Part shown: positions 29,228 to 37,379 of the stretch, in pieces
Numbering within the stretch: position 1 is the stretch's first letter
Layout of the letters: each line of letters starts with the position of its first letter
From: an uncultured archaeon
GTDB taxonomy: Archaea > Altiarchaeota > Altiarchaeia > IMC4 > SCGC-AAA252-I15
Assembly (NCBI GenBank): GCA_902384455.1
Contig: CABMCB010000077.1
Span: 1-37,379 of the forward strand
Length of the DNA: 37,379 bases
Direction of reading: 5' to 3'
The notes under the pieces: model-generated
Databases searched by the model: none
Told to the model about the DNA's origin: nothing
Seen by the model: only the letters and a program-made list of their open reading frames with translations
Made by a program: the position numbers and the translations under genes

Positions 29228-29632
29228 TTATTGCGGCATATTTCTACCGTCTACCCACCAACTGGGCGGATTTTTAGCCTGATAAAGAAGTGTGCGCACT
29301 CCTCCGCCGGGAGCGAGCACCACATAAGGCTCCTTCCCCTCATAGAACGCTCTTGAAGCATCAGAATCCGAGTCATCGTATCTGTGGATTCTGTCTCGGC
29401 CGCTTTGAATAATGCGGACAAGTTCTACTGCGTCGCTGATGGGGAGCCTATTCTGGTGTGCCGTGTCGAAAGTTACTGCCACCAAAGTTGTGTCGCCTTT
29501 CCGCGTAACCTGAGTTTCGCCGATAGCCAGAAATCCTCCAGTGACAAGCCGGTCGACTAATGACTCGACCCTCTGCTCTATGGGTCGTCCGCCTTCTGTG
29601 CTGTCCCTAACTCTGGGCATCTGGTACACCAT
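29228..29632 (-). CDS. Hypothetical protein
   Basis: 134-aa ATG ORF; TATTTA box about 25-30 bp upstream on the minus strand; no family recognised. Confidence 0.65.
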   Translation of the reverse strand: MVYQMPRVRDSTEGGRPIEQRVESLVDRLVTGGFLAIGETQVTRKGDTTLVAVTFDTAHQNRLPISDAVELVRIIQSGRDRIHRYDDSDSDASRAFYEGKEPYVVLAPGGGVRTLLYQAKNPPSWWVDGRNMPQ

Positions 29633-29705
29633 AGAGTAAAAAAGGGGAAAGAGCCTGTAAATACCTTTGCAGCGATATTAATCCGCAGACTTCCCGGAGT
29701 AATGT

Positions 29706-31091
29706 ATGCCTGCTAATCCATCAGTCGCCCGCCGAGTGCAAGAGCACCTGCGCGATGTGGCCCTTCCTCAGCCGCAGGATTTGGCGGGCGTCGGATATGA
29801 GGCGGCTGTTCGCCCTCTTTTTGAGTTGCGTGATTGCCTGGAGGGGGAGACCGGATTAAAAGGTTATGCTGTCGTTTCCCGGCTCATTACTGCGGACGAT
29901 GAAGCCGCTACGAGGTATCAGGAGCGGCTCAAGAGGATGCGACGTAGGATGTGGTTTAACGCGGGCTTCAAGCGGGAAGAAGCTTACGACCTTGCCGACG
30001 TGGAGGAAGAAGTCGGAGCACTTGCATTAATCAAGATTTTGGCGCAGGAAGACGGAGTTGAGCCAAAGAAATTCTTGGGCTCATACCTCAAGGAACACAG
30101 GATACAAGGACCACTCAAGTTGATAAGTCCCGGCTTCTTCACGCAATACCAGCAGAAACTCATCCATGAAGAAGCCAGAAACATATCGGCTCGGCTGCTT
30201 CCAGACGAACCCATTAATGCCCAGCTGGATTTCGCAGACGAAACGCTAGAAGGATCAACTGCTGCCATGGCAAGAAACGCGTGGCTTGATTTACCCGGAG
30301 AATCCCAAACAGGAGTTATTGCAATAATCTCAGGATTCGCCTCGGCAGCAGCAGGAATAATCGCCGCAAAAAACGGGCTGGAAAAGGCCCCCCTCTCAGG
30401 TCTTACGTTTGCGGCTTGCTTCCCCGGCCTAACGGCAGCCTACATGAACTACCGTCGCTCGTTTCCCTTCTGCTACTACATAGGAAGAGACGTGACAAGA
30501 TTAGGCCGCCAAAGCCCTCATGAAATATTCCGCTTCAACGCCACCCACGAAGCTGCTCACAGACTAATAGAAGCACACCCGGAAACATACCCACACAACC
30601 AAACGCTATGGCTGCCTCAAGCCGCAGCGGCTTTACGCATGTACGAAATAAATCACGGCGCAGAAAACACGCAGCAAGCAGACGACTTACACCTTGGCAT
30701 GCTACTAACGGAAGACATACAAGACCCTCAAGAAAGAGAACAAAAAATAACAGAAGCATCCAAACAAAAAACATTCCACTGGAAAACAAAAAGCTTAAGA
30801 GAAATCCTAACCCACACAACAGCCACAACACGCGACGCAATAGGCCGCAACATAGACGCTGCAGCAGACTACTTGTCTTCTGAAACACTTCACCGCGAAG
30901 CTACTTCAACCTACCGATACGGGGCTATTATTGCCGGAGTCGCTTTGGAGGTCGGATGGCAGATTGCTGAACAAAGAGGCGGCGGGAAAAAAGAGGCCGT
31001 CGACTTGGCCTGGGAGTATGTCAGAAGGAGAGCTCAAGGAGAAGACCCAATTAACCTCGAATCAACACTTAGAAGCAGAGGGCAAATCTAA
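29706..31091 (+). CDS. Hypothetical protein with hydrophobic hairpin and HExxH (zincin-like) motif
   Basis: 461-aa ORF; THEAAH; two hydrophobic segments before it; ATATTAA box about 25-30 bp upstream. Confidence 0.7.
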   Translation: MPANPSVARRVQEHLRDVALPQPQDLAGVGYEAAVRPLFELRDCLEGETGLKGYAVVSRLITADDEAATRYQERLKRMRRRMWFNAGFKREEAYDLADVEEEVGALALIKILAQEDGVEPKKFLGSYLKEHRIQGPLKLISPGFFTQYQQKLIHEEARNISARLLPDEPINAQLDFADETLEGSTAAMARNAWLDLPGESQTGVIAIISGFASAAAGIIAAKNGLEKAPLSGLTFAACFPGLTAAYMNYRRSFPFCYYIGRDVTRLGRQSPHEIFRFNATHEAAHRLIEAHPETYPHNQTLWLPQAAAALRMYEINHGAENTQQADDLHLGMLLTEDIQDPQEREQKITEASKQKTFHWKTKSLREILTHTTATTRDAIGRNIDAAADYLSSETLHREATSTYRYGAIIAGVALEVGWQIAEQRGGGKKEAVDLAWEYVRRRAQGEDPINLESTLRSRGQI

Positions 31092-31855
31092 CCGTATACT
31101 CCCGCTGTCGCCTTCAAGTCGTTTCTTGCTTGAAGTATAATGTGTTTTAAGCCTGTTGCTTTGAATTCCTCCAATAAGTCTCCGAAGAATCTTGAGGCTG
31201 GTTCGTCTCCTATGAAATGCCAGGGGTGCGGCTTGAAACCCAGGATGCAGCGTTGCACAAGCTCCAAGTCGTGGCGAGACTCCCAAGGGTGCGCGGGAGT
31301 CAAACACACAGGCAAATAAAGATTCACCGGTTTCCCAGCGGCCTCTGAAAGAGTTTTTCGAACGTGTGTTGTGCCGCCGCTTTTTGCGCCTGAACCGAAC
31401 AGGGGGTCGTCTGAAACCAAATCGGACTTCTCCACCCTAAGGTTCACAGGCCTGTTAACGCAAGGAATCATGTCTATGTCGCTAACTAAGCTAACGTCAA
31501 TCACCTTCTGGGGTTGGACGACGCCATACGATTTCCCAGTGAAGCTCCCAAATAAAATAAATCCGGAAAGAGCGCCTGAAACGTCAGAACCCTCGCCCTT
31601 AAGAGCCGTATAGCCCCTATGAAGCGCCTCCGCGATGCGAGCACGCTCAGAAAGCATGCCCTTAACGTCCCATTCATCCCCGTCAGAAAGCGCAACACGA
31701 CCCTTCCCGGAGACAACGCCAGATTTCCTCTCGCTCTCTTTCGCCCGCCTATATAATGCAGGCCACAAATTAGGAGGAGTATCAGCTGCCGTTTCGATGA
31801 TTTTTTCAACAGGTTCGGGTATACGCCTGCCGTTTCTCTCCTGGTGAGTGGTCAT
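31088..31855 (-). CDS. Pol-beta superfamily nucleotidyltransferase-like protein
   Basis: FILFGS ... SDIDM (hGS..DxD) with an insertion between the two motif halves. Confidence 0.7.
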   Translation of the reverse strand: MTTHQERNGRRIPEPVEKIIETAADTPPNLWPALYRRAKESERKSGVVSGKGRVALSDGDEWDVKGMLSERARIAEALHRGYTALKGEGSDVSGALSGFILFGSFTGKSYGVVQPQKVIDVSLVSDIDMIPCVNRPVNLRVEKSDLVSDDPLFGSGAKSGGTTHVRKTLSEAAGKPVNLYLPVCLTPAHPWESRHDLELVQRCILGFKPHPWHFIGDEPASRFFGDLLEEFKATGLKHIILQARNDLKATAGVYG

Positions 31856-31877
31856 CCGCTTGAGTGCGTTTCGCCGG

Positions 31878-32330
31878 CTATAATTCTATCCCGTGCGCGT
31901 CTTTGACTACGTTTAGGACGAGCATCGTGTATGTTCTTTTGACGTGGCGCATGCAGAGGCTTCGTTTGACGAAGTCGTTTAGGCTTTCTCTGTCCTTGAA
32001 TTTGCCGACAATAAGTGCGTCGTATTCGCCTGTGACGTCGTAGACTGTGGTGATAAGCGGTTCTTGGGCGAGCTTCTGCTCGACTTCCGGCAGATGGCCT
32101 CCCTCAACCACTACGCCTATTACCGCTACGAGGTCGTATCCTAGTTTGCTGTAGTCTATGTTGACTATGAATCCTTTGATTACGCCTTCTTCCTTCAGCT
32201 TGTTTACGCGGTTGTATACGGTGCCTTCTGCGACGTGTAGTTTGTCAGCTATTTCGCGGTAGCTTTGGCGTGAGTTCGCTTTAAGCTCCTGTAGTATGCT
32301 GATGTCGAGTTCGTCGATTTTTGAACTCAT
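31878..32330 (-). CDS. Lrp/AsnC family transcriptional regulator
   Basis: IDELDISILQEL, SYREIA HTH, EGVIKGF, VYDVTGEYD RAM domain. Confidence 0.96.
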   Translation of the reverse strand: MSSKIDELDISILQELKANSRQSYREIADKLHVAEGTVYNRVNKLKEEGVIKGFIVNIDYSKLGYDLVAVIGVVVEGGHLPEVEQKLAQEPLITTVYDVTGEYDALIVGKFKDRESLNDFVKRSLCMRHVKRTYTMLVLNVVKDAHGIEL

Positions 32331-32369
32331 GAGTACATCTTCAAAATGAAAACATAAAAATGCGTAGTA

Positions 32370-32392
32370 AAATCCGCATAAACTGCGGATTT
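32370..32392. promoter_or_regulatory. 9-bp inverted repeat (candidate operator) in the lrp/nadE divergent promoter
   Basis: AAATCCGCA-taaac-TGCGGATTT, abutting the TATA-like TTATTTAA at 32391-32398. Confidence 0.6.
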
Positions 32393-32422
32393 ATTTAAGC
32401 AACGACCATAACCCTTAGTTCC

Positions 32423-33265
32423 ATGAACGGTGCGTCGTTGTTTCCCCAGAAGAACATGGCTGCAGTGTCTCAAGAGTTGGCGACACAGCTTAAGGACTTC
32501 ATGAAGAAGACTGGGTCTGATGGCGCCGTCTTAAATCTCTCCGGCGGATTGGACTCTGCGGTTGTAGCGTATCTCGCAAAGAAAGCCAAGATTGACGTCC
32601 GGCTTCTTTTGCTGCCTGAAAACGGCGTGAACGACCCGAAAGACGTTGAAGACGCAGTAGCAGTCGCCAAGGCACTCAACTTCAAATACTCCATAATACC
32701 CATCAACGAAGCAGTAGAGGCGGTAAAACGCGCTTTCCCGGAAAGCGAATTCAACAGTAAAAACCCCACTATAGCATGGGCAAACGTGAAGCCGCGCATA
32801 AGGATGCTTTATGCCTACCTTACAGCCAACCTTGAGCGGCGCATAGTCCTGGGAACTGGCAACAGGACGGAGATACTATTGGGGTACGCCACAAAGTACG
32901 GGGACGCAGGCGTAGACGTGCTTCCAATAGGCTCCCTATACAAAACTGAAGTAAAGATCCTAGCCCGCCACCTTAAGGTGCCTGATTCCATAATCAAAAA
33001 AATCCCTTCAGCGGGGCTTTGGAAAGGCCAGACTGACGAAGGGGAAATCGGGGTCTCATACGACGTTATGGACTGCGTGCTGCACGCCATAGTGGACGAC
33101 GGAATGAGCATCGAAGAGGCGGCGGCTAACATCAATGTCGAACTGCCTGTCGTGGAGTCCTTATGGCGCAGGATGGTGCAAAACGCCCACAAATCGACTG
33201 CCGCTCAAGTGCTCGGCTCCCGCGGGCAGATAGGCGATAACCTCAAGAGTTCATTCAATAATTGA
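32423..33265 (+). CDS. nadE: NH3-dependent NAD+ synthetase
   Basis: LSGGLDSAV, NVKPRIRM, GTGNRTE, GYATKYGD, PSAGLWKGQTDE; no glutaminase domain. Confidence 0.96.
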   Translation: MNGASLFPQKNMAAVSQELATQLKDFMKKTGSDGAVLNLSGGLDSAVVAYLAKKAKIDVRLLLLPENGVNDPKDVEDAVAVAKALNFKYSIIPINEAVEAVKRAFPESEFNSKNPTIAWANVKPRIRMLYAYLTANLERRIVLGTGNRTEILLGYATKYGDAGVDVLPIGSLYKTEVKILARHLKVPDSIIKKIPSAGLWKGQTDEGEIGVSYDVMDCVLHAIVDDGMSIEEAAANINVELPVVESLWRRMVQNAHKSTAAQVLGSRGQIGDNLKSSFNN

Positions 33266-33320
33266 TGAAAAAATCAAAATACAAAGAAAACATTAACGAA
33301 AACAAAAATAAAACAATAAG

Positions 33321-33327
33321 TATTTAA
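33321..33327 (+). promoter_or_regulatory. Putative TATA box of glnA
   Basis: TATTTAA in an A-rich intergenic region; GGTGG SD-like motif just before ATG 33375. Confidence 0.6.
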
Positions 33328-33374
33328 GCAATCATTCATTATAATAACATACTCACACTCTAACTGGTGGAACC

Positions 33375-34844
33375 ATGACAGAAACGGAAATAACTGCGGC
33401 AAAAAAGAAACTGAAAGACAGCCAGACTAAAAACGTCATGTGCGTCTTCACGGACATAAGGGGGATACTCCAGAGCTTCACAAAGCCCGTAAGCGTCTTC
33501 ACAGAAGGCGACGCATTCTCCGACGGAATAGGATTCGACGGAAGCAGCATCAGAGGATTCAAAACAATAGAAAACAGCGACATGATATGGATGCCCGACG
33601 CAAACACTCTCCAAGTAATACCCTGGACAACAGACCCAATACAAAAATCAGCGCTACTATTCGGAAACGTACTTGAAGCATTCGCAGCAAAAGACGGAGG
33701 AGCACAAGCAACATGCGACCCCAGAGGATACGTCGCAACCCGCGCAATGGACGAAGCCAAAAAAATGGGATACACAGCAGTATTCGGCCCAGAAATAGAA
33801 TTCTTCGTATTCGAATCAGCAGACCCAAGCAAACTAAACTACGACCTATGGGTCAGCCCAAACGGCGGAGCAGGAGACAGCTGGGGACCACCACGAGTAG
33901 TCCCACAATCACCAGAAATACGCCCCGGAGGATACGTACTACGCCCCAAAGAAGCATACTTCCGCGCACCACCAGAAGACCCCACAAACGAATTCAGAAA
34001 CGAACTAGCACACAACCTAAACGAAATGGGCGTACCCGTAGAATGCCACCACCACGAAGTAGCAACATGCGGCCAAGTAGAATTCCCCTACAAAGCAGCC
34101 GAACTAACAGCCTCGGCAGACCGCTTCTACAAATACAAATTCACGGCACGAAACATAGCAAAGAAATACGGCTGGATGGCGGTATTCATGCCAAAACCCA
34201 TATACCTAGACAACGCAAGCGGAATGCACACGCACCAAAGCCTATGGGAAGGAGAGCCCTTCAAAGGCAAAGCAGCATTCTCAGACCCAAACGACGAATG
34301 GGGACTATCACAGACCGCCAGATACTACATCGGCGGACTACTCGAGCACGCACGCGCATTAACCGCAGTCACATGCCCCACAGTCAACAGCTACAAGAGA
34401 CTCGTCCCAGGATTCGAGGCGCCAGTAAACATATGCTGGAGCCCACGCAACAGAAGCGCACTAATCCGCGTACCAGCATACCACAAAAACCCGAAGGCAA
34501 CAAGAGCCGAATACAGAGGATGCGACCCAAGCTGCAACCCCTACCTCGCATTCAGCGTAATGCTCGCGGCAGGACTCGACGGAATCAAAAAGAAAATCGA
34601 CCCCGGCGACCCGCTGTTGCACGACGTCTACGAGATGAGCGCCCGCGAAAAGCACGAGCACGGCGTAGGAGAACTACCGACGACACTGCGCGACGCACTC
34701 GAAGCCCTCGCAAGCGACGAAGTCCTACAGGACGCACTTGGCAGCCACGTATTCGACAAATTCATAGAATACAAAATGGACGACTGGAACCAATTCTGCC
34801 TATACGTAACTCCATGGGAGTACATGAAATACCTCGACTACTAA
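33375..34844 (+). CDS. glnA: Glutamine synthetase type I
   Basis: FDGSSIRGF, GPEIEFF, HHHEVA, FMPKP, NASGMHTHQSL, NSYKRLVPGFEAP, NRSALIRVP, NPYLA. Confidence 0.98.
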   Translation: MTETEITAAKKKLKDSQTKNVMCVFTDIRGILQSFTKPVSVFTEGDAFSDGIGFDGSSIRGFKTIENSDMIWMPDANTLQVIPWTTDPIQKSALLFGNVLEAFAAKDGGAQATCDPRGYVATRAMDEAKKMGYTAVFGPEIEFFVFESADPSKLNYDLWVSPNGGAGDSWGPPRVVPQSPEIRPGGYVLRPKEAYFRAPPEDPTNEFRNELAHNLNEMGVPVECHHHEVATCGQVEFPYKAAELTASADRFYKYKFTARNIAKKYGWMAVFMPKPIYLDNASGMHTHQSLWEGEPFKGKAAFSDPNDEWGLSQTARYYIGGLLEHARALTAVTCPTVNSYKRLVPGFEAPVNICWSPRNRSALIRVPAYHKNPKATRAEYRGCDPSCNPYLAFSVMLAAGLDGIKKKIDPGDPLLHDVYEMSAREKHEHGVGELPTTLRDALEALASDEVLQDALGSHVFDKFIEYKMDDWNQFCLYVTPWEYMKYLDY

Positions 34845-34881
34845 AAAAGAGGAAAACGATAATCAAACAGAGGAAACAAAA

Positions 34882-35196
34882 ATGGGAGTACACCTAGTAA
34901 CAAGCGACGCGGCAAAAGCGTTCGCAGCACGAGAAAAAGTCATGGGACGAGGCATAAGCCTCCTTGGAATCGCATCATCAAAAGTCAAAACCCTAGACAA
35001 AGCAACGCTAGAACAACTAGGCGACGTATCAGCAGAACTCGTCCCCCACGCACTCGGCACAACAGGAAAACTATTCCACGTCACAGCCCGACTACTATGG
35101 GCCACAGCAGGAGTAAAAGAAAAAGAAGCCAAGTTCGTGGACATACTTGAGCTCGACAAAAAAATTGAAAAGCTCGAAAAGAAGGTCGTAGGATAA
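34882..35196 (+). CDS. Small helical hypothetical protein downstream of glnA
   Basis: 104 aa, 37 bp after the glnA stop, GAGG SD, same A/C-ending codon style as glnA, Lys/Glu coiled-coil-like C-terminus. Confidence 0.8.
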   Translation: MGVHLVTSDAAKAFAAREKVMGRGISLLGIASSKVKTLDKATLEQLGDVSAELVPHALGTTGKLFHVTARLLWATAGVKEKEAKFVDILELDKKIEKLEKKVVG

Positions 35197-35213
35197 AATC
35201 GGCCTTCAACCCC

Positions 35214-35244
35214 TTATTTTTCTTTTATTTTTCCCTTATCTTCT
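35214..35244 (+). terminator. Oligo-T archaeal terminator-like tract (may double as hisC promoter)
   Basis: TTATTTTTCTTTTATTTTTCCCTTATCTTCT shortly after the small ORF. Confidence 0.5.
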
Positions 35245-35256
35245 ATTGGTCTTTGT

Positions 35257-36339
35257 ATGATCCGCCCGGTATTAAATTATCTCACGCCTTATGATGCGGG
35301 GCTTTTCGCAGAGGACTTGCTTGATTACGGCGTAAAAGAAGAAGATGTTGTTAACCTGCAAAGCAACGAAAACCCCTATCCTCTCCCAAAGACGGTTCGC
35401 GACGCCATAACAAAAGCGTCCGCTTCAATAAACCGTTACCCCAAGCCGAATTACCAGAGGCTTAAGACGGCGCTCTCCAAGTACACCAGCGCCCCCGAAG
35501 AAACTATTGCAGTAGGAAACGGCGCAAGCGACCTACTCGACGGATGCTGCAAGATATTCCTAAACCCCTACGACGCCGTCGTACTACCTGTACCTGGATT
35601 CAGCATGTACTTCATGCTCGCCATGCTAAGAGACGCAAGCCTAAGGCAAATACTATGCGGCCCACCGGACTTTAAAGTGACTGCAGAAAAACTCCTGTCG
35701 GAAGCAGACGACGCAACCAAAATGTTCATCATACCCTCCCCAAACAACCCCACCGGCAAAGCAATGCCAAAAAACGAAGTCGTCAAACTACTTAAGGCGA
35801 CCGAGGCGGCCGTAGTCGTGGACGAAGCATACGCGGAATTCCACAAAGAAACATTGATTCCCCTCGTTCCGAAATACAACAATCTGATTGTGGTGCGCAG
35901 CATGAGCAAATTCTTCGGTCTCGCCGGGTTGCGCATAGGATACGCGGTGGCGCAGAAGGATGTTGCCCGGTCTCTTGAAAGCGCAAGGTTACCCTTCACG
36001 TTGAATAATATCGCGCAGGAGGCGGCTATTGCCACGGTCGGGGAACGCAAATATTTCGAAGGAGTCCGCGACAAAATCATTAAGGAGCGCGAACGCCTGA
36101 TGAAGAACGTGGGGCAGCTGCCAGGCTGGACTGCTTACCAGTCTGACGCCAATTTTTTCCTTGCGCGCCCGCCTAAAGGAAAGACGTCTGAATGGCTTCT
36201 TGACAAACTGAACCACAAAGGAATACTCATACGCGACGTAACCGGCATACCCGGCCTTGAGACGCCTCACGTAAGAATCACAGCGGGACTCCCCAAGGAA
36301 GGAGACAAACTCGTTGAGGCGCTCAAGGAACTATCGTAA
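35257..36339 (+). CDS. hisC: Histidinol-phosphate aminotransferase (class II PLP enzyme)
   Basis: SNENPY, NRYP, GNGASD, SPNNPTG, VDEAY, RSMSKFFGLAGLRIGY. Confidence 0.88.
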   Translation: MIRPVLNYLTPYDAGLFAEDLLDYGVKEEDVVNLQSNENPYPLPKTVRDAITKASASINRYPKPNYQRLKTALSKYTSAPEETIAVGNGASDLLDGCCKIFLNPYDAVVLPVPGFSMYFMLAMLRDASLRQILCGPPDFKVTAEKLLSEADDATKMFIIPSPNNPTGKAMPKNEVVKLLKATEAAVVVDEAYAEFHKETLIPLVPKYNNLIVVRSMSKFFGLAGLRIGYAVAQKDVARSLESARLPFTLNNIAQEAAIATVGERKYFEGVRDKIIKERERLMKNVGQLPGWTAYQSDANFFLARPPKGKTSEWLLDKLNHKGILIRDVTGIPGLETPHVRITAGLPKEGDKLVEALKELS

Positions 36340-36343
36340 ACAA

Positions 36344-36685
36344 TTATTTTCTTCCGTAGTCGTCTTCTACCCGAACCACGTCGTCTAGTTCCGGCGTGCT
36401 TGCTTCAAGCACCTTAAGGTCGGTGAGCGCTTTAATCCGGTGTTTTACTCCCGGCAAAATAGTCACCGATTCTCCTTCAGCAACCTCATAGTCTTTCCCG
36501 TCCGCCGAAAGAAGCATACTCCCGGAAAGCACGTACATAGTCTCCTTCTTCTTCCTATGGTACTGGAGACTCAATCTAAACCCCTTCTTCACCTCAAGAA
36601 CCTTCGCCGCGTACTCACCCTCAAAAGCCCACCAAACCTCGCGCCCCCAAGGCTTATCCACAACGCGCACGTCATTCACACGCAT
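36344..36685 (-). CDS. Cupin domain protein (mannose-6-phosphate isomerase type II C-terminal-like)
   Basis: KPWG, LSLQYHRKKKET, HRI, EASTPELDDVVRVEDDYGR. Confidence 0.88.
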   Translation of the reverse strand: MRVNDVRVVDKPWGREVWWAFEGEYAAKVLEVKKGFRLSLQYHRKKKETMYVLSGSMLLSADGKDYEVAEGESVTILPGVKHRIKALTDLKVLEASTPELDDVVRVEDDYGRK

Positions 36686-36738
36686 TTTTAATTTCCCTAT
36701 ACCACACTTTACTCGTTACCCGTTTTAATACTTGCACG

Positions 36739-37379
36739 ATGCGCATATCCATAGTCGGAACCGGATACGTAGGACTAATATCCGCAGCAGGATTCTCCGA
36801 GAAAGGCCACACAGTCATATGCGTCGACGTAGACCAAAAGAAGGTTGCCGCCATAAACAACAAGACTCCGCCCATATACGAGGAGGGGCTTGAAGAAGTA
36901 CTGCGCGAAAAAGTGCCTTCACACCTTACAGCAACAACCGATTTGAATAAGGCAATACTGGAAACGGAAATCACATTCATCTGCGTTGGCACACCCAGCA
37001 GCGACGACGGAGAAATAGACCTGACTTACGTAAAAAACGTCGCTGAATCCATCGGAAAAATACTTAAGACAAAGAAAGAATATCACACAGTAGTCGTCAA
37101 AAGCACGGTAACCCCCGGCACCACAAACGACGTGGTCAAACCCCTGCTGGAGAAGCACAGCGGAAAAAAAGCAGGCGCAGGATTCGGATTAGCCATAAAC
37201 CCCGAATTCCTTAGGGAAGGAGTGGCACTACACGACTTCATGAACCCCGACCGCATAGTAGTGGGCGCAGACGACGGAAAAGCAGGAGACACAGTCGAAC
37301 ACCTATACCACGACTTCACGGCGCCAATACTACGCGTCAACACAGCAACCGCAGAAATGATAAAATACACAAGCAACGC
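36739..37379 (+). CDS. UDP-glucose/GDP-mannose dehydrogenase family protein (partial, runs off the window)
   Basis: ATG 36739: MRISIVGTGYVGL, PIYEEGL, FICVGTP, KSTVTPGT, NPEFLREG, PDRIVVG, AEMIKYTSN; missing from the ORF track because it has no stop. Confidence 0.95.
   Translation, partial: MRISIVGTGYVGLISAAGFSEKGHTVICVDVDQKKVAAINNKTPPIYEEGLEEVLREKVPSHLTATTDLNKAILETEITFICVGTPSSDDGEIDLTYVKNVAESIGKILKTKKEYHTVVVKSTVTPGTTNDVVKPLLEKHSGKKAGAGFGLAINPEFLREGVALHDFMNPDRIVVGADDGKAGDTVEHLYHDFTAPILRVNTATAEMIKYTSN

Noticed and set aside
31088-31855. MNT-HEPN toxin-antitoxin or CBASS cyclase
   Set aside because: No adjacent HEPN (Rx4-6H) gene or recognisable CBASS effector; much longer than a minimal MNT.
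33713-34897. 394-aa Arg/Pro-rich alternative-frame ORF inside glnA
   Set aside because: By-product of T-poor codon usage; the same artefact appears at 374-733, 5957-6466 and 30608-30883.
36672-37376. Minus-strand ORFs at the right end
   Set aside because: Antisense shadows of the plus-strand UDP-sugar dehydrogenase starting at 36739.
1-37379. tRNA, rRNA, IS elements or provirus
   Set aside because: Intergenic gaps are short and show no cloverleaf or T-arm consensus, and no transposase, integrase or capsid ORF was recognised; this was by eye only, so tRNAscan-SE and Infernal should confirm.

Overview
Archaeal chromosomal window, densely coding and mostly housekeeping. Archaeal origin is shown by uS15-Pcc1-eS1, CDC48, RadB, Dph2, archaeal-type AlaRS/TrpRS and TATA-box promoters; a DPANN/Altiarchaeota-like origin is only my impression. 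Order: Thr-rich tail of an upstream gene, rps15-pcc1-rps3ae, GT-C glycosyltransferase, nnr, cdc48, truD, orphan histidine kinase, trpS-(AT-rich membrane ORF)-nitrilase-aroA, KGG-rich orphan, panD, aroC, GNAT orphan, NOG1 GTPase, conserved hypothetical, mre11-radB, alaS, metF, BASS transporter, rdgB, exported protein, FKBP-short dph2, Zn-ribbon/double-V4R protein, three orphans (one HExxH, one nucleotidyltransferase), Lrp divergent from nadE, glnA plus a 104-aa partner, hisC, cupin and a partial UDP-sugar dehydrogenase. I saw no tRNA, rRNA, CRISPR, transposase or integrase. Best leads: (1) an Lrp/nadE/glnA nitrogen module with an uncharacterised small protein behind glnA and a neighbouring Pol-beta nucleotidyltransferase; (2) a structured ~70-nt leader before rps15 that looks like an S15 autoregulatory RNA; (3) patches of strong A+C versus G+T strand skew that ignore gene orientation; (4) dispersed orphan modifying enzymes. 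All calls come from reading motifs by eye; no searches were run.
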